Part shown: piece by piece, positions 47,565 through 55,694 of the stretch | Layout of the letters: every line of letters starts with the position of its first letter | How positions within the stretch are numbered: the stretch's first letter is position 1 | Source of the DNA: Brumimicrobium glaciale | GTDB lineage: Bacteria > Bacteroidota > Bacteroidia > Flavobacteriales_D > Crocinitomicaceae | Length of the DNA stretch: 64,000 nucleotides | Assembly (NCBI RefSeq): GCF_004152935.1 | Contig: NZ_SETE01000003.1 | Coordinates: forward strand, 387,876-451,875 | Reading direction: 5' to 3' | The notes under the pieces: model-generated | What the model saw: the letters and a program-made list of their open reading frames with translations, nothing else | Told to the model about the DNA's origin: nothing | The model's database searches: none | Position numbers and translations under genes: made by a program

Positions 47565-49460
47565 ATGAAAGAAACCCAGTTCATCAATCAGAATAAAAAC
47601 AAGTGGAACAAATTTGAAAAACACTTGGCTTCCTCTTCGACTGATCCCGAAGAGATTCGTGAACTGTACACCGAACTCAACAATGACTTGAGTTACGCGC
47701 AAACGTTTTATGAAAAAAGAACTGTTCGGGCTTATCTCAATTACTTGGCTCAAAGTGTTCACCGACAATTGTACAAACAGAAAAAAGAACCTTTTTCGGC
47801 AGTATGGAAAGCTTGGACAATCGAATTACCACTAGAAATTTATAGAGCACGTAAAAACTTACTTTTTGCATTGATTTTGTTTGTTATTTATGCAGCAATT
47901 GGAGCTTTTTCAACACATCAGGACATTGATTTTGCGAAAACTATTCTTGGAACTGGTTATGTGAATTTAACAGAAGAAAATATCGCAGCAGGAAATCCTT
48001 TGGGAATTTATGGCGATTCTTCGCAAGGAACAATGTTTGTTCAAATCACACTCAACAACATTAAAGTAGCCTTGTTGTGCTTTTTTGGTGGAATTTTATT
48101 CTCTCTCGGAACACATGTTATTTTGTTTAATAACGCCGTAATGGTTGGTGTTTTTCAATACTTTTTTAAGGTTAAAGGATTGTTATTGACTTCATTTTTA
48201 ACGATTTGGATTCACGGAGCTTTTGAAATTTCTGCAATTGTTATTGCGTCAGGAGCCGGATTTACGCTTGGACATGGATTATTATTCCCTGGAAGCTATA
48301 CCCGACTCCAAGCTTTACAAATGAGCGGTATGAGAGGAATCCGCATTATGCTTTCTTTGATTCCTATATTTGTTATTGCTGGATTTTTGGAAAGTTATGT
48401 CACAAGAAACTACCAAGTGCTACCTGATTGGTCAAAATGGATGATTGTAATATTTTCTTTTGCAATGATTCTATTTTATTATGTCGTTTATCCAATTTTA
48501 GTCGCTCGGAAATATCCAGAGAAAGTGCACGCAACACCACAAACAACTGCATTTGAAAAGGTAAAATTTGAACCTTTTAAAATCAGAAAAAATCTTGAAA
48601 TATTTAGAGAAAGCTTTCAATTGTACAGTATAAAATTCATTTTCTTTTGGAAAGGAATCATGCGTAGCGCGGTTCCTATGATTTCGGCACTCCTTATTTA
48701 TCAGTTTTTCATGCATTATTCTGATTTAACGAGTTCGTATTCTGTTGACTGGAAAGCACAACTCTCTATTTTATTCGGAAATTCATGGTCAGAAACTTAT
48801 AATGGAATCTCTGATACATTGATCTCCATTTTGTGGATTTTACCGATAGTTTTTATCGCCTTATCCCTGTTTTTTAGTTTTTATTCAAAAGAAGAAATAT
48901 TCAAAATGCCAAGTTTCGTTTCTTATGTTAGCAAACGATTTTTAAAAATGTTATTGGCTGTTTTACCCCTATATTTCTTAATGATTGTCCTCCCTTTTTA
49001 TATTTTAATTCCGATGATATTCTTATTTCCATTTTTCATATTAGGTCTACCAAGTGCCGGATTAGAAGAGAAATCGTCAATTAAGTCGGTATTTAAACTG
49101 GCTTCTCAAAAGTGGTCTGCGAGTTTGATTATTCTGATCGTTTTATCACTTACCACATTCTTCTTTGCACAACCCTTTGCTTTTGTTATCTCAGGAATGG
49201 GTGATTTACTGGATTGGTTTACCGATTTCTTACTTCCAATTTTTGCTGAAATCTCATCAGATCCTATCGTTTGGGTTAATGTCATTCGACAAATAGTTTA
49301 TGTATTATTTATGATTTTATTACTTCCTTTATTCTTCATTGCATTTACATTATTGTTCTATTCTGCGAAAGAAGAAAATGAAGCTTTAGGATTAAAGTCA
49401 GAATTTCAGAAATTTGGTAAACGCAGTAGAATTAAAGAAACAATAGTCGATTTTGAATAA
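47565..49460 (+). CDS. Polytopic membrane protein with SpoIIM-like (DUF95) N-terminal module plus C-terminal multi-TM extension
   Basis: 631 aa. A cytoplasmic N-terminus, then about six TM helices resembling stage-II-sporulation-protein-M/DUF95, then ~8 more TM helices. First gene of a five-gene overlapping operon. Confidence 0.6.
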   Translation: MKETQFINQNKNKWNKFEKHLASSSTDPEEIRELYTELNNDLSYAQTFYEKRTVRAYLNYLAQSVHRQLYKQKKEPFSAVWKAWTIELPLEIYRARKNLLFALILFVIYAAIGAFSTHQDIDFAKTILGTGYVNLTEENIAAGNPLGIYGDSSQGTMFVQITLNNIKVALLCFFGGILFSLGTHVILFNNAVMVGVFQYFFKVKGLLLTSFLTIWIHGAFEISAIVIASGAGFTLGHGLLFPGSYTRLQALQMSGMRGIRIMLSLIPIFVIAGFLESYVTRNYQVLPDWSKWMIVIFSFAMILFYYVVYPILVARKYPEKVHATPQTTAFEKVKFEPFKIRKNLEIFRESFQLYSIKFIFFWKGIMRSAVPMISALLIYQFFMHYSDLTSSYSVDWKAQLSILFGNSWSETYNGISDTLISILWILPIVFIALSLFFSFYSKEEIFKMPSFVSYVSKRFLKMLLAVLPLYFLMIVLPFYILIPMIFLFPFFILGLPSAGLEEKSSIKSVFKLASQKWSASLIILIVLSLTTFFFAQPFAFVISGMGDLLDWFTDFLLPIFAEISSDPIVWVNVIRQIVYVLFMILLLPLFFIAFTLLFYSAKEENEALGLKSEFQKFGKRSRIKETIVDFE

Positions 49461-50310
49461 ATTTCAACTCAAATATAATCTGATTTGGCTCTTGTTTGCC
49501 GTTTTTCCTTTCGTGCTTTTTGGACAGGAGAATGATGCTTTTGAAAAGCGTTGGGAGGAAATCAATAAAGGAATTGAATACAAAAAATCAGCACGTCCAA
49601 AAGGCCCTGAAAAAGAATACATCGCTCCTCAAAGTTTAAATGAAGAGCGCAAGAACGAAGAAAATTACGATGCTCGACCTAACAGTGAAGATATTATTTA
49701 TTCGAGAGAAAAGCGATATGAAAATGGCGAAAATCAAGGAATAAAAAAGCACATTAAAGATGGAGAAAATCAAAATATAGATGATTTATCAACTCCAAAA
49801 AGCGAAGCACCAAAATCGGAAAATTCTTATAATAATCGTGATTTCGGTGATGGTACCGTTTTTAAATATATTATCATCATTGGTATCGTCTTGGTCGTTT
49901 TTCTAATCTATTATTTCTTCTTCAAAAATGCGGTAAAGTCCGACAAGGAAATCGTGAATATCGATTATGAAAAAGTAAATGACATCAATCCAGAAACCAT
50001 TAATAAAAGTCAGCTGGAAACTGATTTAGAAAAAGCTATTTCAGAAGAAAATTACCGTGCTGCAATTCGTATTTATTACATTCTTTTATTAAAAGCCTTA
50101 ATCAATAGAAACTTGATAAAATGGGCGAACAGAAAGACAAACACACATTATTTGGCAGAAATGACCACGCAAAAGGAGTTTGAAAACTTCAATAAATCGG
50201 TTAATATTTACGAATGGACTTGGTATGGGAAAAACAATCCAAGTAAGGACGTTTTTGAGCGCTTCGCAGCATTTTATGATGACTTTTTAAAACGATTAAA
50301 GGATGAATAA
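49453..50310 (+). CDS. DUF4129-like membrane protein (N-terminal hydrophobic segment, acidic/low-complexity linker, TM, cytoplasmic DUF4129-like C-terminal domain)
   Basis: 285 aa. The TTG start overlaps the upstream stop. TM KYIIIIGIVLVVFLIYYFFF; C-terminal W/Y-rich block (NIYEWTWYG...FERFAAFYDDF). Confidence 0.55.
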   Translation: MNKFQLKYNLIWLLFAVFPFVLFGQENDAFEKRWEEINKGIEYKKSARPKGPEKEYIAPQSLNEERKNEENYDARPNSEDIIYSREKRYENGENQGIKKHIKDGENQNIDDLSTPKSEAPKSENSYNNRDFGDGTVFKYIIIIGIVLVVFLIYYFFFKNAVKSDKEIVNIDYEKVNDINPETINKSQLETDLEKAISEENYRAAIRIYYILLLKALINRNLIKWANRKTNTHYLAEMTTQKEFENFNKSVNIYEWTWYGKNNPSKDVFERFAAFYDDFLKRLKDE

Positions 50311-51967
50311 TAAAAGAATCCTTTACCTCATCATTGCGGTTGTGCTTGTTGGCGCATTGTTCGTTCTGTTCCTAAATTCAGGTTCGGAGGAACCCACAGC
50401 AGCAAAACGTAAAAAAGTTGATTACTCTTCTCACGATTGGAAGGTTGACTTATCACTCGATAATAAAAATCCTTATGGTTTATATGCTTTCCGAGAGTTA
50501 ACAATTGCTGATGGTCGATTTACTGAATTCAATGCTGTTTCTGACTATAATTTACTCGATTCTATTGTCCAATTAGATTCATCGATGTTGATGTTCATTG
50601 GAATGGATTTAATGCTGACAGATGAAGAAATCGACTTGGTTTTAGAAAGTATTGATTACGGAAATGACTTCTTTATATCAGCTGAGAAAATACCTTCTTA
50701 TTTGTTAGATCAATTAATGAGTGAAAAAGCGTTAACCTATTATCCGAATAAAAAAGCGCCTCATAAAATCAATAAAAAGGTTTACGATATGTATTATTTC
50801 TACGAGAATGATACACTGACTGAAATTTGGGATCTATTCAATCCTAAGAAATTGGACACGCTGACCAATGTATTGTCTACAATCTACGGAAGACCTAATT
50901 ATATTGAGATTGAATATGGTTTAGGGAAGGTTTTTATCCATTTGAATCCTTTGGTTTTTACAAATGTTCAGCTCTTAAAAAGTGATGGTAAATCGTATTT
51001 TAAAGAAGTTTTATTGACGCTTGAACAACCAAAAATTCAATGGCTTACTTTTGCTAATTTCGAAGCTAAACCTTACAGCGATAAGTCAACAAGCTTTGAG
51101 AATAATAAGAGTTTATTGAGTGAATTATTCAAACATCCAGCTTTCCGTTGGGGATTTATTCTAGCCGTTTTTGGTGTACTTTTATTCTTGCTTTTTAGAA
51201 GTAAAAGAAGACAGCCAATTATTCCTGCAGTTGAAGACAATAAAAATACTGGCTTTAGTTATGTAGATACTTTGGCGGGAATTTATTACAACAAAGAACA
51301 TGGAGATAAAATCTTAAAAATCATGCGCCGTAATTTTTACAGCGCTGTTTACGACCATTTCTATATTGATTTGGCCAAACGAGAGGATTCAAAACCAATA
51401 ATAGCACTTTCAAAAAAGTCAAATATTCCTACATCTGAAATAGAGCAATTAATAAAGTACCTCGAAGTTACCACTAAAGTGAGCGATATTTTCTTGAGTA
51501 ATACTTACAAAATTCAGCGTTCCTTCTATTTAAAATCTGGAATCTGGAACGAAGAAATCAGACAAAAACAAATCAACAGTTCGGTTTCAATTTACCGTCA
51601 AAAAGAGCGGGCTTTGGGAACAATTGGTTTAGGTATTTTCATTATTGTACTTGGATTCATTTTCTTATCCGTTTCTTTAGGAGTTGGAGTTTTGTTCTGG
51701 CCATTGGGAATTGTAGGAATTGTGATTGGAACAAGAATGCTCAATACTCCAGCGATAATATTAAATCCTGGTCAAATTGAGTTAAATCCATTATTTGGTA
51801 AAAAAGTTATCATTTTGCATGAAAATATTAAGTTTATTGAAGAAAAAGGTCTAAATTCTCTCATTTACTTTAAAAATGGAGGAAAGGCTACTTTAAATAA
51901 TTCACAATTAGATCAAAAGAAAATTAAAGCATTAGATCATTTAAAACAACGGTTTAAACAAACTTAG
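50303..51967 (+). CDS. DUF4350-like membrane protein fused to a 2-TM + bacterial-PH-like C-terminal module
   Basis: 554 aa. N-terminal TM, a ~260-aa extracytoplasmic domain, a TM (WGFILAVFGVLLFLLF), a cytoplasmic region, two adjacent TM helices, and a ~80-aa C-terminal domain. The ATG overlaps the upstream gene by 8 nt. Confidence 0.55.
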   Translation: MNNKRILYLIIAVVLVGALFVLFLNSGSEEPTAAKRKKVDYSSHDWKVDLSLDNKNPYGLYAFRELTIADGRFTEFNAVSDYNLLDSIVQLDSSMLMFIGMDLMLTDEEIDLVLESIDYGNDFFISAEKIPSYLLDQLMSEKALTYYPNKKAPHKINKKVYDMYYFYENDTLTEIWDLFNPKKLDTLTNVLSTIYGRPNYIEIEYGLGKVFIHLNPLVFTNVQLLKSDGKSYFKEVLLTLEQPKIQWLTFANFEAKPYSDKSTSFENNKSLLSELFKHPAFRWGFILAVFGVLLFLLFRSKRRQPIIPAVEDNKNTGFSYVDTLAGIYYNKEHGDKILKIMRRNFYSAVYDHFYIDLAKREDSKPIIALSKKSNIPTSEIEQLIKYLEVTTKVSDIFLSNTYKIQRSFYLKSGIWNEEIRQKQINSSVSIYRQKERALGTIGLGIFIIVLGFIFLSVSLGVGVLFWPLGIVGIVIGTRMLNTPAIILNPGQIELNPLFGKKVIILHENIKFIEEKGLNSLIYFKNGGKATLNNSQLDQKKIKALDHLKQRFKQT

Positions 51968-51969
51968 CA

Positions 51970-53052
51970 ATGGAAGAAAACGAAAAATATTTACCGAAAA
52001 ACGAAGAGAATGCTTCAAGCAATAATGAAGAAAACCCTCTTTCATCAGGGGAGAATGTGGAAGTAAATCCACTTGAAAAAATGCCTTTTGAAGAAGAAAA
52101 TCCAGAGATGATTTGGCTCTCACAAAAGGTCAATGAAATCAGAGCAAAAATGGGTGAATTCATTATTGGTCAACACGTAATGGTAGATTTATTAATGACA
52201 GGAATTTTCTCTGCCGGACATATTCTGTTGGAAGGAGTTCCTGGAGTCGCAAAAACATTATCGGCAAAAGTATTGTCTAAATCATTGGATATTGATTTCT
52301 CTAGAATTCAATTTACTCCTGATTTAATGCCTTCAGATGTCATCGGAACTTCGGTTTTCAACATGAAGAATTCAGAGTTTATTTTCAAGAAAGGACCTAT
52401 ATTTTCTAACATAGTTTTGATTGATGAAATCAACCGTGCTCCAGCAAAAACGCAAGCTGCTTTGTTTGAAGTAATGGAAGAACGTCAAATTACTTATGAT
52501 GGAGATTTATACAAAATGGAGTTTCCATTCATTGTAATAGCGACACAAAATCCAATTGAACAAGAAGGAACTTATGCTTTACCAGAAGCTCAGTTGGACA
52601 GATTTCTATTCAAAATCACAATGGGTTATCCAGATTTAGAAGACGAAATAAAAATTCTTTACCGCTATAGAAATAATATTAAACCACCAGAATTAGATGA
52701 CGTAAAAGCGGTCATTTCCACTGCTGATATTCATAAAATTCAGGAGTTGATAAAGAAGGTTGTCATTACAGATGAGTTGATTCAATACATCGCTTCAATT
52801 GTTGATAAAACGAGAAATCACGGGAAGATTTATTTAGGAGCTTCTCCACGTGCATCGCTTTCAATTCTTAAAAGTGCAAAAGCAGCCGCAGGAATTCGAG
52901 GAAGAGCATTTGTAACGCCAGACGATATTCAATTTGTTTCTCCTTATGTGTTGAATCACCGTTTAATTTTAACGCCAGATGCTGAAATGGAAGGAACTTC
53001 AACGAATGAAGTTGTCGCTTCAATTATTCAAGAAATCGAAGTACCAAGATAA
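51970..53052 (+). CDS. MoxR-family AAA+ ATPase
   Basis: 360 aa. Walker A GVPGVAKT, Walker B VLIDEINRA, a sensor/arginine-finger region, and a MoxR-type C-terminal helical domain. An acidic ~40-aa N-terminal extension. Confidence 0.9.
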   Translation: MEENEKYLPKNEENASSNNEENPLSSGENVEVNPLEKMPFEEENPEMIWLSQKVNEIRAKMGEFIIGQHVMVDLLMTGIFSAGHILLEGVPGVAKTLSAKVLSKSLDIDFSRIQFTPDLMPSDVIGTSVFNMKNSEFIFKKGPIFSNIVLIDEINRAPAKTQAALFEVMEERQITYDGDLYKMEFPFIVIATQNPIEQEGTYALPEAQLDRFLFKITMGYPDLEDEIKILYRYRNNIKPPELDDVKAVISTADIHKIQELIKKVVITDELIQYIASIVDKTRNHGKIYLGASPRASLSILKSAKAAAGIRGRAFVTPDDIQFVSPYVLNHRLILTPDAEMEGTSTNEVVASIIQEIEVPR

Positions 53053-53055
53053 TAA

Positions 53056-54381
53056 ATGTTGAAATCGCTTTACATATCGCGCTTCTTTTTCATTGCTTTT
53101 GGAATGAGCATTGTTCTTATAGTAACAGGATTTTATTTGCCTGTTTTGCTCTATTTTGGACAATTTTCACTTATTGTGCTGCTAATTCTAACAATTTTGG
53201 ACGGTTTTCTGCTGTTTAATCATAAAAACCCAATTGCTGCAAAAAGGAACATAGAAGCACGTTTAAATTTAGGTGATGAAACATTAATTAATATTTCGAT
53301 TAAAAATAAAGGAAATCAACCTTACAGAATAACGGTTTTTGATGAGCCGCCATTTGAAATGCAAGCCAGAGATTTGACATTCAACGGATATATCAAAGCA
53401 GGAAGCGAAGAGCAATTCAGCTATACATTTAAACCCACAGAACGTGGAGAATATGAATGGAAAAACTTGCATGTTTTCATTCGTTCTTTTATCAATCTAT
53501 TGGAACGAAGAATCATTATTGAAGCTCCAGAAAAGGTCTTGGTTTATCCTTCTATTTTGCAAATGAAGAATTTTGAATTCCTTATTTTTAACCAACAAAC
53601 ACAGCAAAGAGGAATCAAAAAAATCCGAAGATTGGGTCACAACAATGAATTCGAACAAATTAAAAATTACATTCAAGGAGACGATATCCGAACTGTCAAT
53701 TGGAAAGCTACCTCTCGTCGTTCAGAATTAATGGTGAATCAATTCCAAGCACAAAGATCTCAATCTGTCTATGCGGTTATTGATAAATCACGCTCAATGG
53801 AACACCGATTTGAAGGATTAACACTATTGGATCATGCGATTAACAGCACACTTATATTTTCAAATATAGCATTAAAAAAAGGTGATAAAATTGGCTTGGT
53901 TACTTTCTCTCATAAGTTAGGAACTCAAATTGCGCCAAATCTAGGAAAGAGACAATTGCAAAGAATCTTAGATGCACTTTTTGCTCAAAAAACAGAGTTT
54001 AAAGAGTCAAATTACTCGCTTTTGTACCAATCTTTGCGAAAAACCATCCCTTTTCGTTCACTTTTGATGTTGTACACCAACTTTGAAACAGAACTCGCAA
54101 TGCACCGCGCTTTACCCATGCTGAAAAGCATCAATAAGAGACATGTTTTGGTAGTGATTTTCTTTAAGAACACAGACTTAAATGAAGAACTCACGAAAAG
54201 TCCGACGACTGCTAGAGAATTGTATGTTTCAACGCTTGCAGAGGATGTAATTAACACCAAAAAGCGCATCGCAAAAGAATTGAATCGACATGGAATTCAA
54301 ACTGTTTTAACAGCGCCAAATGAGTTGAATGTCGATACTTTAAATAAGTATTTGGAATTGAAATCTAGAGGGTTGATTTGA
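53056..54381 (+). CDS. DUF58 protein (vWA-like fold, N-terminal 2 TM), MoxR partner
   Basis: 441 aa. Two N-terminal TM helices, then a DUF58 core with the conserved GDDIRTVNWKATSR motif. Confidence 0.85.
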   Translation: MLKSLYISRFFFIAFGMSIVLIVTGFYLPVLLYFGQFSLIVLLILTILDGFLLFNHKNPIAAKRNIEARLNLGDETLINISIKNKGNQPYRITVFDEPPFEMQARDLTFNGYIKAGSEEQFSYTFKPTERGEYEWKNLHVFIRSFINLLERRIIIEAPEKVLVYPSILQMKNFEFLIFNQQTQQRGIKKIRRLGHNNEFEQIKNYIQGDDIRTVNWKATSRRSELMVNQFQAQRSQSVYAVIDKSRSMEHRFEGLTLLDHAINSTLIFSNIALKKGDKIGLVTFSHKLGTQIAPNLGKRQLQRILDALFAQKTEFKESNYSLLYQSLRKTIPFRSLLMLYTNFETELAMHRALPMLKSINKRHVLVVIFFKNTDLNEELTKSPTTARELYVSTLAEDVINTKKRIAKELNRHGIQTVLTAPNELNVDTLNKYLELKSRGLI

Positions 54382-54410
54382 TGTGTCTGTTTTCGTGCGG
54401 ACTTGCGGTA

Positions 54411-54468
54411 CGGACGATTTGCAAATCATGCACACATGGACTAGTACGGTCGATTTGCAAATCGTCCC
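54411..54468. repeat. Family C palindromic units (ggacgatttgcaaatc / ggtcgatttgcaaatcgtccc), plus a 21-nt segment identical to an internal GT9 coding segment
   Basis: A GATTTGCAAATC palindromic core occurs twice. aaatcatgcacacatggacta at 54423..54443 is identical to 54652..54672 inside the GT9 ORF. Confidence 0.55.
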
Positions 54469-55694
54469 TACAAAGTCCTTCTCACCAACCCCAAAGTCTT
54501 CTGCCCTTGGTCACTATAATAAATCGTCTTGTTTTTATTCTCTAAATCGGGAACAAACTCTTTATTCAAATGCAATTGAGCTTTTGAAAACACCTCTTCA
54601 ACAGTAATCAATTTCATACAAACATTATCGCCGTTACAAGGAGAAATATTGAAATCATGCACACATGGACTACAGAAAACTTTTTTGTAAATCACCGTTG
54701 TATATTCGTTTCCTCCATATTGATCAGGCGAACACGGTCCAAATAGACAAACTGTCGGTGTTTTGCAAGCGAACGCAATGTGCATTGGTCCTGTATCATT
54801 CGTAATGACCAATGTCGCCTTGTGAATCAAAGCTATCAACTCATCAATTGTAGTTTTACCCGCTACATTTTTAACGCTAGGATGATTGATTCCTTCAACT
54901 GTTTTTACGCTGTATGGACGCTCATCTTTACTTCCAACAACAAGTATTTCCATTAAAGGATATTCTTCAACCAATTTTAAAATTAATTGATTAAACTTAT
55001 CTGAACCCCATCTTCTTTCTAACCTTAAATCTGAAGCATTAGGATTAATGATAATGTATTCACTTTTTGGAATTCCGTCATAATCATGGGTGTTTTCAAA
55101 TAAAGGATACAAAACGTTTTTCGTGTGATTTACGCCAAAAAGACGTGAAATCTGTAAATAAACCTCCGAAATCGGCACATTATTGTTGAAAAACATCATG
55201 TGCGTATAAATCCCCATATTAAACGAACTTGATCTCAAGTAGAATCCAACTCTATTTTTCGAGAAAGTAAACAACGTAAATAATGTGCTGAAATTGGAAT
55301 AGATTTCTAAGTCAATATAAACATCTGGTCTTTTTCGCATTAATTTAAAAAGCGAAGAAAACATCGTAGAAATAAGCTTAAAAACGTTTTTGTCATCTAA
55401 GCAAATTATGGAGTCAATGTGCTCTATTTTTTCTAAAACAGTCCGATTGGCTTTCGTAGAAACAAATGTAATTTCAGCATCTGGAAATTGAGTTCGTAAA
55501 GCTTCAATCATTGGAGTCGCTTGAATAATGCTGCCCATTCCTTTGAATTTACAAACCACAATATGCTTGAAATCATTGTCTAAACTGTGATCAATTCGTA
55601 AAATTTGCCCAACGATTCGCACCAAAAAGTTCATCAAAAACGCAATGGGTTTGATGAGATAATTGTCTATTGCTAATTGATGTTTAGTTTTCAA
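54468..55694 (-). CDS. Glycosyltransferase family 9 (heptosyltransferase-like)
   Basis: 408 aa with the GT9 two-domain GT-B pattern. C-terminal segment GPMHIAFACKTPTVCLFGP is typical of ADP-heptose:LPS heptosyltransferases. Confidence 0.8.
   Translation of the reverse strand: MKTKHQLAIDNYLIKPIAFLMNFLVRIVGQILRIDHSLDNDFKHIVVCKFKGMGSIIQATPMIEALRTQFPDAEITFVSTKANRTVLEKIEHIDSIICLDDKNVFKLISTMFSSLFKLMRKRPDVYIDLEIYSNFSTLFTLFTFSKNRVGFYLRSSSFNMGIYTHMMFFNNNVPISEVYLQISRLFGVNHTKNVLYPLFENTHDYDGIPKSEYIIINPNASDLRLERRWGSDKFNQLILKLVEEYPLMEILVVGSKDERPYSVKTVEGINHPSVKNVAGKTTIDELIALIHKATLVITNDTGPMHIAFACKTPTVCLFGPCSPDQYGGNEYTTVIYKKVFCSPCVHDFNISPCNGDNVCMKLITVEEVFSKAQLHLNKEFVPDLENKNKTIYYSDQGQKTLGLVRRTL

Noticed and set aside
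54383-54607. 74-aa + strand ORF
   Set aside because: It lies across the family-C palindromic repeats and then runs antisense to the GT9 3' end. No RBS or promoter logic supports it, so it is spurious.
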